This document shows positions 1 to 13,690 of a DNA stretch of 64,000 nucleotides, one piece after another. A program made the translations under genes and the position numbers. The notes beneath the pieces are model-generated. The model had not been told where the DNA came from and did not search any database. It was given only the letters and a program-made list of their open reading frames with translations. How positions within the stretch are numbered: position 1 is the stretch's first letter; each line of letters starts with the position of its first letter. Source of the DNA: Mobula hypostoma (Eukaryota); NCBI RefSeq assembly GCF_963921235.1, contig NC_086097.1:97652001-97716000 (forward strand). The letters are read 5' to 3'.

Positions 1-1000
1 GTGATAATATCTCCTCAGTGTTGACAATCAGCACCGGCGCAGCTAGGGTGTGTGCTCTGCTCCTGACTGTCTGGTTAGCTAAAGCTCAAATACCATCCAC
101 AAATTTGCTAATGATACAACCAGTGAGTCTCAGACATAGATGAAAGCACATACAGGAGTGAGATATACCAGCTGGTTGAGTGGTGTCACAGCAACAACCT
201 TGCACTCAATATCAGTAAGACAAAAGAGCTGATTGTGGGCTTCAGGAAGAGTAAGACGAGGGGACACGAACCAATCCTCATGGAAGGATGAGAAGTGAAG
301 AGAGTGAGCAATTTCAAGCTCCTGGGTGTCAGTATCTCTGAGAATCTAACCTAGTCCCAACATATCCACGCAGCAATGAAGAAGGCAAGACAGCAGCTAT
401 ACTTTTTTTTAGGAGTTTGAAGACAATTGGTTTGTTACTTAAAACACTCGAAAACCTCTATAGATGTACCATGGAGAGCATTCTGACAGGCTGCATCACT
501 GTCTGGAATGGTGTGGGTGTGGGGGAGGGGCGCTACTGCACAGGGCTGAAAGAAGCTATCGAAAGTTGTAAAATTAGTCAGTTCCATCTTGGGTACTAGC
601 CTCCATAGTGCCCAAGGCATCTTCAAGGAACGGTGCCTCAGAAAGGTGACATCCATTATTAAGGATCCCCATCACCCAGGACATGCCCTCTTCTCTTTGT
701 TACTGTCACGAAGGAGGTAAGAAACCTGAAGGCGCACACTCAGCGATTCAGGATCAGCTTCTTCCCCTCTGCCATCCAATTCCTAAATGGACATTGAACC
801 CATGAACACAACCTCACTTTTACATATTATTTCTGTTTTTGCATTATTTTTAATGTACTTAATATACATAAATATACTTACAGTAATTAATTGATTCATT
901 TTTTCTATATTATCATGTATTGCATTGTACTGCTGCTGCTAAGTTAACAAATTTCAGGAAATATGCCAATGATAATAAACCTGATTTTGAATTCTGAATG
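1..1000 (+). mobile_element. Rex1/Babar-type LINE 3' fragment (degenerate RT C-terminus + 3' UTR)
   Basis: Frame-broken motifs KFANDTT, NNLALNISKTKELIV, YRCTMESILTGCITVW; 3' end AATAAAcctgattttgaattctga. Confidence 0.8.
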
Positions 1001-1047
1001 TAGCTGCAGTAAATTCAAATTTACTAATAGTTTACAAATTTAATAAT

Positions 1048-2180
1048 CTCAGGATGAGGCTTTTCATTCCAGAATGAAGGAGATGGCCTCCTTTTTCAAA
1101 GAAAGAGGCTTTCCTTCCTCCACCATCAATGCTGCCCTCAACCTCTTCCATTTCATGCACGTCTGCTCTCACCCCATCCTCCTGCCACTCTAACAGGGAT
1201 AGGGTTCTTCTTGTCCTCACCTACCATCCCACCAACCTCCACATCCAGCACATAATTCTCCAGAACATCCGCCATCTCTAATGGGATCCCACCACCAACC
1301 ACATCTTTCCCTCACCACCCTCCCATGTTCTGCTTTCCACAGGGATCCCTCCCTATGCGACTCCCTTGTCCATTTGTGCCCCCTGGCACTAATACTTGCA
1401 AGTGGAACAAGTGCTACACCTCACTTACCATTCATGGCCCCAAAGAGTCCTTCCAGGTGAGGCGACACTTTAGTCTTTTGGGATCATCTTCTGTATTCGG
1501 TGTAACCTGAGTGGCCTCCTGTGTATCGGTGAGACCCGACGTAGATTGGGAGACCACTTCGAGCATCTATGCTCCATCCGCCAGAACAAGTGCGATCTCC
1601 CAGCAGCCACCCATTTTAATTCCACTTCCCATTCCCATCCCAGTCTGTCAATCCATGGCCTCCTCTACTGTCACGTTAAGGCCACAGTCAGGTTGGAGGA
1701 ACAATACCTTATATTCTGTCTGGGTAGCCTCCAACCTGATGGCGTGAACATCGATTTCTCCAACTTCCGATAATATCCTCCCCCCAACCATTCCCCATCC
1801 CCTTTTCCCTCTCTCGCCTTATCTCCTTGCCAGCCCATCACCTCCCTCTGGTGCTCCTCCCCCTTTTCTTTCTTCTATGGCCTTCTGTCCTCTCCTGTTG
1901 GATTCCTCCTTCTCCACATCTCCCTGTTTCACCAATCAACTTCCTAGGTCTTTACTTCTCCCCTCGCCCTCCCTCTTTCACCTTCACCTTGTGTTTCTCC
2001 CTCCCTTCCCCCCACCTTTTGAATCTATTCCTCATCTTTTTTTCTCCAGTCCTGAAGAAGGGTCTTGGCCCAGAATGTTGACTGTTTACTTACTCTTTTC
2101 CATAGATGCTGCCTGGCCTGCTGAGTTCCTCCAGCATTTTGTGTGTGTTGCTTGGATTTCCAACAACTCTAGATTTTCTC
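1048..2180 (+). mobile_element. Penelope-like element 3' fragment (GIY-YIG endonuclease remnant, pyrimidine-rich 3' region, hammerhead-like terminal repeat)
   Basis: DRVLLVLTYHP; GLLCIGETRRRLGDHF; THFNSTSHS...RLEEQYLIFCLGSLQPDGVNIDFSNFR*; hammerhead-like motif at 2047-2084. Confidence 0.8.
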
Positions 2181-2601
2181 TTGATTGTTACTAATAATTT
2201 GATTTTTTTTTGCAGTTAAGATTCAGTACAGTAGGTTTTAAAAAGATCCCAATTGAAATGTTTCTTAAAATCTGCTTCTAAATTCAGTATTTTCATTATC
2301 CTTATTTTCTAATAGCTTTTCTTCATCAAGATTTTATTTTTGCTACAGTTTGGTTCCATTTGCAGTAGATGACTTATCTTGTGTTTATTCAAGTGTGAGC
2401 CATGATGGTGAGCTATTTGTCTGGTAGGAGTGGTGGAGGAAGTATAATATGACCAAATCTAGTAGTGCTTTTCTTCTGTTGCTCCTATAGTTTCTGAGTA
2501 CTTCAGTCAAAATCCCTTAAATGTGTTTTACCCAGCTGCTTTAAGTTTTCAAGCCGAACAAAAGAACACAAATTTGATCCCAATCTAATTGCAGCTTTCT
2601 T

Positions 2602-3600
2602 AGTCATAGTCATAGTCATACTTTATTGATCCCCGGGGAAATTGGTTTTCGTTACAGTTGCACCATAAATAATAAATAGTAATAAAACCATAAATAGTTA
2701 AATAGTAATATGTAAATTATGCCAGGAAATAAGTCCAGGACCTGCCTATTGGCTCAGGGTGTCTGACCCTCCAAGGGAGGAGTTGTAAAATTTGATGGCC
2801 ACAGGCAGGAATTACTTCCTATGATGCTCTGTGTTGCATCTCGGTGGAATGAGTCTCTGGCTGAATGTACTGCTTTGCCCACCCAGTACATTATGTAGTG
2901 GATGGGAGACATTGTCAAAGATGGCATGCAACTTGGACAGCATCCTCTTTTCAGACGCCACTGTCAGAGAGTCCATTTCCATCCCCACAACATCACTGGC
3001 GTTACGAATGAGTTTGTTGATTCTGTTGGTGCCTGCTACCCTCAGCCTGCTGCCCCAGCACACAACAGCAAACATGATAGCACTGGCCACCACAGACTCG
3101 TAGAACATCCTCAGCATCGTCTGGCAGATGTTAAAGGACCTCAGTCTCCTCAGGAAATAGAGACGGCTCTGACCCTTCTTGTAGACAGCCTCAGTGTTCT
3201 TTGACCAGTCCAGTTTATTGTCAATTCATATCCCCAGATATTTGTAATCCTCCACCATGTCCACACTGACCCCCTGGATGGAAACAGGGGTCACTGGTAC
3301 CTTGGCTCTCCTCAGGTCTACCACCAGCTCCTTAGTCTTTTTCACATTAAGCTGCAGATAATTCTGCTCACACCATGTGACAAAGTTTCCTACCGTAGCC
3401 CTGTACTCAGCCTCATCTCCCTTGCTGATGCATCCAGCTATGACTGAGTCATCCGAAAACTTCTGAAGATGACAAGACTCTGTGCAGTAGTTGAAGTCCG
3501 AGGTGTAAATGGTGAAGAGAAAGGGAGACAAGACAGTCCCCTGTGGAGCCCCAGTGCTGCTGATTACTCTGTCGGACACGCAGTGTTTGCAAGCACACAT
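2602..3600 (-). mobile_element. Rex1/Babar-type LINE, 5'-truncated, well preserved
   Basis: ORFs 3226-3633 (STGAPQGTVLSPFLF..LQKFSDD..LNVKKTKELVVD..YKYLG) and 2812-3117; (TATGAC)n tail at 2602-2620. Confidence 0.85.
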
Positions 3601-4369
3601 ACTGTGGTCTTCTTGATATGTGTATTTAATCATGCAGTACTTAAGTTAGGCTGTCATTATCTGTCCACGTCCCAAATACTATATGTTGTGCTTGGGGCTG
3701 GTCAAAGGCATCTTCACTGAACTCTGAGTCCAAGGATCTCTGCTCTTCATGGAGTTTGGTCTCCTGCCTCAGACGGTCTCCCTTGGTTGGAACTGTCAGA
3801 GCAGCCTGGTTGTAGTTCTTGTTGACTGCTGTCAAGGTTCTTCACTGCTAACCACCAGGGTGGAATCATTGCTGCTCTGACTTGCAAGTGGGATTTCTTT
3901 TTACCTGCATTTGTTATAGCCTTCCAGAAACTTTGGATTAGGGTCAAAATTGCTATTTAAATTCTTATTTTTCTTGTAGTTTAACTTTAGTTTTGCTTGC
4001 TTATATGTTTGTATAATCACCCTTTGTAAAATTTTAATAAATTTTCAGTAATTATAGTATAGCTGTTTCTATTTTTCCATAGTTTTTTTCTTGTCTATAA
4101 GCCTGGGATGCCATGGCAGCATAAAATTGAACTGTGCTTTTTGCTTCATAGATAGTTCTTATAAGAAAAAAAACTCCCTATCTTTTCAGCTTGAACAAGG
4201 TTGCAGTTTAGAGGGAATGCCAGTTTTATCTGTCTTTCTTGTTAATTGCCTTTTCTTTTTACTTCTTGCTGTTGTGTTACTTGCCTGGCTGGAATAGGCT
4301 GACTTTATCTGACCTGTACAATAATGAACATCTAATAAAATTGTTGTAACTTAAGATTTGTGCCTCATT

Positions 4370-7300
4370 CTAGTTGAAAGTTCAAAGTAAAATGTGTTAT
4401 CAAAATTAGATTAGATTCAACTTTATTGTCATTGTGCCGAGTACAGATACAAAGCGAATGAAATGCAGTTAGCATCTAACCAGAAATGCAAAAGAGTGTT
4501 ATTTACAAAATAACTGCAAATAAAAAATGTGCTACAGCATACATGTCACCACATACAACCCTGAGATTTTTTTTCCCTGTGGGCATACTTAGCAAATCTA
4601 TAGAAAAGTAACTGTAAACAGGATCAATGAACAACAAACTGTGAAAATGCAAATATAAATAAATAGTAATAATAATGAGTACGAAATAACATGAAATGAA
4701 AAAGCATAAAACAGCAACAGAAAGAATCCATAACGTGTGACCATTAGTTGTGGGAACACCAGAAATAGGATGAGTGTAGTTATCTCTTTTGTTCAAGAAC
4801 CTGATGGTTGAGGGGTAGTAGCTGTTCTAGAACCTGCTGCTGTGAGTCCTGAGGCACTTGTACCTTCTACCTGATGGCAGCAGCGAGAAAAGAGCATGCC
4901 CTGGATGGTGAGGATCTTTGAAGATGGATGCTGCTTTTCTGCGGCAATGTTTCATGTAGATGTGCTCAGTGGTTGGGAGGGCTTTACCTGTGATGTACTG
5001 GGCCAAATCTGCTCTTTTGCCGTATTTTCCGCTCAAAGGCATTGGTGTTCCCATACCAGACAGTAATGTAGCCCTTCAGCACATCTGTAGAAGTTTGCCA
5101 AGGTTTTTGATAACATGCCAAATGTCCATAGACTGCTGAGAAAGTAGAGGCACTGTCAAGCTTTCTTTTCAATTACAGTGCCTATAAAATGTATTCTGGC
5201 CCCCCTCCCCCCGGAAGTTTTCATGTTTTACCACATTGAACCACAGTGGATTTAATTTGACTTTTTTGATGCTGATCAACATAAAAGACATTTATGTGTC
5301 AAAGTGAAAAAATATTTCTACAAACTGGTCTAAATTTATTAAGCACAAAATAATTGCATAATTACTCACCCCCTTCAAGTCGGTATTTAGTAGATGCACC
5401 TTTGGCAGCAATTACAGCCTTGAGTCTGTGTGGATAGGTCTCTATCAGCTTTACACATCTGGACACTGCAATTTTGCCCCATCCTTTTTTACAAAACTGC
5501 TCAAGCTCTGTCAGATTGCATGGGGATCGTGAGTGAACAGCCCTTCAAGTCCTGCCACAAATCCTCAGTTGAATTGAGGACAGACTGTGACTTGTGAACT
5601 CCAGGACATTAACTTTGTTGTTTTTAAGCCATTCCTGTGTAGGTTTGGCTTTATGCTTGGAGTCAGTCTTGCTGGAAAACAAATCTTCTCCCAAGTCGCA
5701 TTTCTCTTGCAGACTGCATCAGGATTTCCCTGTATTTTGTTGCAATCATTTTACCATCTACCTTCACAAGCCTTCCAGGGTCTGTTGCAGTGAAGCATCC
5801 CCACAGCCTGATGCAGACACCACCATGCTTCATGGTAGGGATGCTGTGTTTTTGAATGATGTGCGGTGTTTTGCTTACACCCTTGGCTATCAGACATAGT
5901 GTTTAGTCTGATGGCCAAAAAGCTCAATTTTGGTTTCATCAGACCTTAGAACCTTCTTCCAGCTGACTCCAGAGTCTCGCATGGCTTTCTCGTTGCTACT
6001 CTCCCATAAAGCTGTGACTGGTGAAGCACCCTGGCAACAGTTGTTGTCTGCACAGTCTCTCCCATCTCAGCCAAAGAAGTTTGTAACTTCTCTGTAGTTG
6101 GCATTGGCCTCTTGGTAGCCTCCCTCACTAGTCCCCTTCTTGCACAGTCACACAGTTTTCGAGGACGGCCTGCTCTAGGCAGATTTACAGCTGTGCCAAA
6201 TTCTTTCCATTTCTTGATGATTGACTCAACTGTACTCCAAGGAATATTCAGTGACTTGGAAATTTTCTTGTATGCATCTCCTGACTTGTGCTTTTCAATA
6301 ACCTTTTCACGGAGTTGCTTGGAGTGTTCTTTTGTCTTCATGATGTAGTTTTTGCCAGGATACTGACTACCAGCAGTTGGACCTTCCAGATACTGGTGTA
6401 TTTTTACTAGAATCAATTGAAACACCTTGACTGTACACAGCGATCTCCATTTAACTAGTTATGTGACTTCTAAAACCAATTTGCTGCACCAGTGATGATT
6501 TGGTGTGTCATATTAAAGGGGTTGAATACTTATGCAGTCAATTATTTTGTGTTTTATATTTGTAATTACAAACGTAATTTAGATCACTTTTTAGAGGTCT
6601 GTTTTCACTTTGACACGGAGTTTTTTTCTGTTGATCAATGTCAAAAAAGCCAAATTAAATCCACAGTGATTCAGTATTGTAAAACAATAAAATATGAAAA
6701 CTTCCAGTGGGAGGGGGAATACTTTTTATAGGCACTGTATATGATGGGTCCAGGACAGGTCCTCTGAGAGAGTGTCACCCAGGAATCTGAAGTTATTGAT
6801 CGTCTCCACCCTGATCCTCTGATGAGTACTGGCTCATTAACCACTGGTTTCCCTCTCCTGAAGTCTACAATCAGTTCCTTGGTCTTATTGACATTGAATG
6901 AGGGGTTGTTTTATTACACCACTGAGCTGAATTCTCAATCTCTCCCCAGTATGCTAAATCATCACCACTTTTGATACAGCCCACAACAGTGGTGTCATCA
7001 GCAAACTTGTACATGGTGTTTGAGCTGTTCTTAGTCACACAGTCATGGGTGTAAAGTGAGTAGAGCAGGGGGCTAAACACACATCCCTGTGGTGCTTCTG
7101 TGCTGATGGAGATTGTGGAGGAGATATTTTTGCCAATCCAAATTGACTGGGGTCTGCAAGTGAGGAAATCCAGGATCCAATTGCACAAAGGGTTATTGAG
7201 GCCCAGGTGTTGGGGGTTTACTGATTAGTTTTGAGGGGATGATGGTATTAAATGCTGAGCTATAATCAATAAAGAGCATCCTGATGTATGCATCTTTGCT

Positions 7301-7880
7301 ATCTAGATGTACCAGGGTTGTGTGAAGAACTAATGAGATGGCATCTGCTGTAGACCTGTTGCTTCGTTAGGCAAATTGGAGTAGATCCAAGATGCCACTC
7401 AGATAAGAGCTGATATGCTTCAACACTGCCTGTCAAAGCACTTCATCACAGTGGATATAAGTGCCACTGAGCAATATTCATTGATGCAGGTTGGGCACCA
7501 GTATGACTGAAGCCTGCTTGAAGCATGTGGGTACCACACACTGCCAGAGCAAGATGTTGAAGATATCTGTGAACACACCAGCCAAATGATCAGCACAGGT
7601 CTTCAGTACTCAGCCAGGTACTCCATCCGAACCGGATTCTTTCCTTGGATTCACTGTTTTGAAGGCAGCCTGCATGTTGTCTTCAGATACTGAGACCAAA
7701 GGATCATTGGGAAACATGGGGGTATACAATGGTTCCTCGCTGTTCTGGTGATCAAAGCGAGCATAGAAGGCATTGAGCTCCTCTGAAAGTGAAGCTGTGC
7801 TGTCCCCTATGTTGCAAGATTTAACTTTGTAGGAGGTTATAGCATTCAAACCCTGCCACAGCTGTCGAGCATCCCTTCTT
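4370..7880 (-). mobile_element. Degenerate Rex1/Babar-type LINE interrupted by a Tc1 element
   Basis: RT motifs [37 protein letters not shown] (6871-7188), LSEELNAFYARFD (7610-7849), KDPHHPGHALFSLLPSGRRY (4827-5054); LINE sequence resumes on both sides of 5176-6737. Confidence 0.8.
5176..6737 (-). mobile_element. Tc1-like DNA transposon, near full length, transposase disrupted
   Basis: TA-flanked ends CAGTGCCTATAAAA...TTTTATAGGCACTG with long (~200 bp) imperfect TIRs; paired-like N-terminus MKTKEHSKQLREKVIEKHKSG..LNIPWSTVESIIKKWKEFGT..LPRAGRPRKL; broken DDE region. Confidence 0.92.
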
Positions 7881-7884
7881 CACT

Positions 7885-9317
7885 TCCATAGAAACCATAG
7901 AAACTACAGCACAGAAACAGGCCTTTTGGCCCTTCTTGGCTGTGCCGAACCATTTTCTGCCTAGTCCCACTGACCTGCACACGGACCATATCCCTCCATT
8001 CACCTCCCATCCAGGTATCTGTCCAATTTATTCTTAAATGTTAAAAAAGAACCCACATTTACCACCTCGTCTGGTAGCTCATTCCATACTCCCACCACTC
8101 TCTGTGTGAAGAAGCCCCCCCCTAATGTTCCCTTTAAACTTTTCCCCCCTCACCCTAAACCCATGTCCTCTGGTTTTTTTTCTCCCCTTGCCTCAGTGGA
8201 AAAAGCCTGCTTGCATTCATTCCATCTATACCCATCATAATTTTATATACCTCTATCAAATCTCCCCTCATTCTTCTACGCTCCACGGAATAAAGTCCCA
8301 ATCAATTCAACCTTTCTCTGTAACTGAGTTTCTCAAGTCCCGGCAACATCCTTGTAAACCTTCTCTGCACTCTTTCAACCTTATTTATATCCTTCCTGTA
8401 ATTTGGTGACCAAAACTGAACACAATACTCCAGATTCGGCCTCACCAATGCCTTATACAACCTCATCATAACATTCCAGCTCTTATACTCAATACTTTGA
8501 TTAATAAAGGCCAATGTACCAAAAGCTCTCTTTACGACCCTATCTACCTGTGACGCCACTATTAGGGAATTTTGTATCTGTATTCCCAGATCCCTCTGTT
8601 CCACTGCACTCCTCAGTGCCTTACCATTAACCCTGTATGTTCTACGTTGGTTTGTCCTTCCAACGTGCAATACCTCACACTTGTCAGTATTAAATTGTCC
8701 ATCTGCCATTTTTTAGCCCGTCCAATACCTCACACTTGTCAGTATTAAATTGTCCATCTGCCATTTTTTAGCCCGTCCAAGTCCCCCTGCAGGCTCTGAA
8801 AACCTTCCTCACTGTCTACTACACCTCCAATCTTTGTATCATCAGCAAACTTGCTGATCCAATTTACCACATTATCATCCAGATCATTAATATAGATGAC
8901 AAATAACGATGGACCCAGCACTGATCCCTGTGGCACACCACTAGTCACAGGCCTCCACTCAGAGAAGCAATTCTCTACCACCACTCTCTGGCTTCTTCCA
9001 TCGAGCCAATGTCTAATCCAATTTACCACCTCTCCATGTATACCTAGCGACTGAATTTTCCTAACTAATCTCCCATGCGGGACCTTGTCAAAGGCCTTAC
9101 TGAAGTCCATGTAGACAATATCCACTGCCTTCCTTTCATCCACTTTCCTGGTAACCTCCTCGAAAAACTCCAATAGATTGGTCAAACATGACCTACCACG
9201 CACAAAGCCATGTTGACTCTCCCTAATAAGTCCCAGTCTATCCAAATGCTTGTAGATTCTGTATCTTAGTACTCCCTCCAATAACTTACCTACTACCGAC
9301 GTTAAACTTACTGGCCA
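7885..9317 (-). mobile_element. CR1 LINE, 5'-truncated
   Basis: [81 protein letters not shown]; (TTTCTATGG)n tail at ~7885-7903. Confidence 0.92.
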
Positions 9318-10039
9318 AATAATTTTATCGACAATATCATCTCCAGGTCCAGTATTCTCTTGGTTTGACCAATTGAATGGCAAGGCGGGAGGGGTACTGT
9401 TAGTCATTGCAAAGTATGAGTTTAGGGAAAACTTTTGAGTGCAGTGAGAAAGAGGCAGGAATCCTAGTCTCCACTTATCCTACCTCACTACACTTCTATT
9501 AAATATTCAATTCCTAACCAGTGGATCTGCAAGTGGTCAACAGCAAGTATTTGTGCTGTGGTATCACTGACCTGTGAGCTTGGACTAAATGTGCCCCAGC
9601 TAGTTTTGTGGATTTGGATCCTCTGCTAGTCTAAAGCCAAAATTTGTGTGATTCCCAATTCTTTAATCCTAGGGGCTATTTGGCCTCATCTCTGTATGCA
9701 CACATTTGCTTTCCATCAAGCTTGCTTTATTTTTTTTTCGAGCACAGGCACCGTGAGACTTTTGCTCAGAATATGATGAAATCAATGTGGCTTGTTAAAT
9801 CATTTTCTTTTCTGGATTTATAGAAAAATTCAGGTTCCTTGTTCTAGTTTAATAATAGTGACACATTGACTTGGCAGCATGCCTGATGACACATGAGTTC
9901 AAAGGTGGGCATTCACCACTTATCTCCTTCAGCTGATTAACTATTTTGGAGGGCCTTGTAACGGAAATCAAAATGTATGCTTCCTGATAGTTCCTCCTGC
10001 TTGTCTTATTTTCAAATTCTTGTCATCACATTCAAATAT

Positions 10040-10689
10040 CTGCATGGCATCATCCTCTTTCTAGCCAAACAACGAAGGAAGGCGGAGGTTCTTGGCAAGT
10101 TTGGGGCTGCACTTCTGAACATGAAATTGGTGATCTGGTTAGAAATAATGGAATCCTCAATACAGACAAGTACTGTACCAGCAGATTCTCATCCATCACG
10201 CAAGTACCATTAGGGAGCCGTCTGATCGGTTCCAACTTCATTCTGCACTGGGACAATGACTCCAAACACGTGGCTAAGGTCATAACTCTTCTCAGTGAAA
10301 AGAAGAACAAGGAGTTCTGCAACAGATGGAATGGCCTCTGCAGAGCCCTGATCTCAACATCAACAAGGCTGTCTGGGATTATCTGGAGAGACAGAAACAA
10401 GAGAGACAGCAAAAGTCTGCTGAAGAACTCCGGCAAGTTCTCCAAGATTCTTGGAACAACCTACCAGCCAATTTTCTTATAAAACTGCATGACAGTGTAC
10501 CAAAGAGAATTGACATAGTTTTAAAGGCAAAACTGGTCACACCAAATACTGATTTGATTTAGATTTGTTTTACTGTTTACTACTCTTTATAGTCAATTTT
10601 TTGATGTTTACAAAATTTTCATTTCATTTTTGAAAACTTCGCTTTACTGAATGTTTTTAACATATGCTGAAGACTTTTGCACAGTACTG
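10040..10689 (+). mobile_element. Tc1-like transposon 3' fragment (second family)
   Basis: DNDSKH and WPLQSPDLN motifs of the DD34E domain; right TIR ...GACTTTTGCACAGTACTG. Confidence 0.8.
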
Positions 10690-12014
10690 TTGACAAGGAT
10701 CAAATGTGGCCTGATAAGCAGCAAGTAACAAATAAGATTCAGAGATTCAAAGTGCATTTATTATCAACAAATATATCAATTATACAATTTGAGATTTGTT
10801 TGCTTAATAGGCAGTCACAAAACAAGGAATCCGAAAGAATCGAATTTTAAAAAATAAGACTAATCCCCAGTACCCACAGTGAAAGAGGGGGGAAAAAACA
10901 AAACAAATCATGCAAACAGTAGAAATGAGCAGCAACAACAGCACTCCAACTCAAATTGAGCCCTTAGATCCAAATCTTCGGAGCAGCTCGGAGTAGGCCC
11001 AAAGCCTCAGTACTCAGTTCATCATATTAGCAGGGAAAATCGCTGCACGGTTCGCAGATATGAAGCAGAATCACCAGGGGCCTTGCGGAGAGAGGAGTCC
11101 TGAGACTATCTGGGCTGGCATTTCAATTGCCCGAACCTTGCAGTAGGAAGTAGGCCCTGCCACGGTGAATCGTTCCAGGTCTAGATTTCGCTGCTGGAGA
11201 AGCTGTTCTCAACCTCTCCAAATTGGCTCAGCACTTACAGTGATCCAGCCTCTCCCAACTCTCCGCACCCTGCCTTTCCAGTCTATTTCGGAAGGCGTTT
11301 AGATTGTCCAAACGGCGGGTTGTATCTCACATTAGGACCCGGACCTCACCGTGGTGAATCGCTCCAGGGCTAGAATATACTGCCCAGCGATTCGTTTCAG
11401 ACTGGATTTCGCTGCCGAAGAAGCTATTCTCAACCTCACCAAATCAGCTCAATGCTTAGCGTGGAGCTCCCTCACACCCCGGTAAATTGGATAGGCATTA
11501 GAACTCCTCAGTCTCTGAGTTATCCACTGCAACCAGCACGGCTCCAACTCCGAGTGCGTTGATTTTGCAGTGTACCAGCAGGGCACATCTCTCGAGTTCA
11601 CTTTGCCCTCACTTGCCTCTTCATTGTTTGTGGTGAAAGTTTACTACAAGTTACTTCAAAAAAAGTTTCCTTCAAAATAAGCCACAAAATTGTTAGATAA
11701 TGACCATCTCCAAAAAGAGAGTGTCTAGTCAGCTATCCATGACATGCTCTACCATAACTGTGTTTGGTAAATGACACCTCTTCTGACACCTACTGATGAG
11801 CAATAAATCCACCTACTGAGAAATGAATAAATAATGAGAGACTTACAGTATTTTATTATATTAATTACATCATATAAAGGCAAGTGTTATTGTTTCCCTC
11901 ACTGGGGATATGTCTCCTTAATTTGTAAAATTTTTCAATATTGAAGCTGCTGGCTATATGGATGCATTTGATGGCTGTGATTTGGAGCTGTTAAGTCCTG
12001 TGGCTCCTTCCCAT

Positions 12015-13690
12015 GTTAGACCATACGACATAGGAGCACAATTAGGCCATCTGGCCCATCGAGTATTCTCCACTATACCTTTCCTCTATTCAGGACATTT
12101 ACAGCAAGAGGTGTGTAAAAAGGGCTCGGAGGATCATCGGGGACTCCAGCCACCCCAACCACAAAGTGTTCCAGCTGCTTCCATCTGGCATACAGTACTG
12201 CAACATTAAAGCCAGGACCAACAGGCTACGGGACAGCTTCTTTCACCAGGCCATCAGATTGATCAATACACATTGATCTGATGGCATACTTGACTGTCTA
12301 TACATGTACACAAAACAATTATGTATACAATCTTAGTGTTTGGGCAATATCCTCCCACGTTTCTCTTACTTACTGTTTGTACATAGTGATGGAGATGCAA
12401 CATAAAGATTTTTATTCCCTCATGTTGTGAGGTGGATGTGAGAAATAAAATTCATGGCTGAGTTATTATTCCTCTCAACCCCATTCTCCTGCCTTCACCC
12501 CGTAACCTTTGATGCCCTTACTAATCAAGAAGCAATCAACTTCTGTTTGAAATATACCCAATGACTTGGCCTCCACAGCTGTCTGTGGCAATGAATTCCA
12601 CAGATTCACCACCCTCTAGCTAAAGAAATTCCTCCTTATCTCCCTGTTCTAAGTGGACGTACCCCAATTCTGAGGCTATATCTTCTGGTCCTAGACTCCC
12701 CCACATTAGGAAACACCCTCTCTACATCCACTCTTTCTAGGCTTTTCAATATTTGATAGGCTTCAGTGAGCTCTCCCCCTGCCCTCCCCATTTCTTCCTG
12801 GGATTATTCTCCTGAACCTCCTCTGGACCCTCTCTAATGCCAGTGCATCCTTTCTTGGATAAGGAGCTCAAAACTGCACACGATATTCCAAGTGCAGTCT
12901 GACCAGTGTCTTATAAAGCCTCTGCATTATATCCTTTTGTATTCTAGTCCTCTTGAAATGAAATGCTAGCAATTGCATTTGTTTTCCTTGCCACTGACTC
13001 GACCTGCGAGTTAACATTGATGGAATCCTGCAGGAAAACTTGCAAGTTCCTTTGCAGCTCTAATTTCTGAATTTGCGCCCCATTTGAGAAAAGAGCGTAT
13101 GCCTTTATTCTTTCTACTAAAGTGAATGACCATACACTTCTCTACACTGTATTCCAACTGCCACTTCTTTGACTGTTCTCCTAATCTGTTTGTCCTTCTG
13201 CAGACTCCCTGCTTCCTCAACACTACCTGCCCCCCACCTATCTTCATGGTGTCTGCAATCTTGCCACAAGGCCATCAATTCCATCCAAATCATTTACATA
13301 TAACTTGAAAAGAAGTGTTGCCAACATCGACCTCTGCAGAACACCACTTACTAGTCACTAGCAGTCAACCAGAAAAGGCCTCCTTTATTCCCATTCTTTA
13401 CCTCCTGCAAGTCAGCAATCTTCTATCCTTGCTAGTATTTTTCCTGTAGTAGCATGGGCTGTTATCTTGTCTAGTAGCGTCATGTGTGGCACCTTGTCAA
13501 AGGCCTTCTGAAAACCCAAGTAAACATCCTTTGTCTATCCTGCCTGTTATTTCCTCAAAAAATTCCAACAGATTTGTTTCCCTTATGGAAACCACGATGA
13601 CTTGGTCTTATTTTATCATGTGCCTCCAAGTACTCCGAAACCTCTTCCTTAGTAATGGACTCCAACTTTCCCAACCACTGAACCACTGAA
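12015..13690 (-). mobile_element. Degenerate CR1 LINE with a nested + strand Rex-type 3' fragment (~12080-12450)
   Basis: CR1 3' UTR revcomp (gaccatacgacataggagc..ggccat..ggcccatcgag), KWQLEYSVEKCMVIHF; nested piece with accaacaggctacgggacagcttc and AATAAA. Confidence 0.7.
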
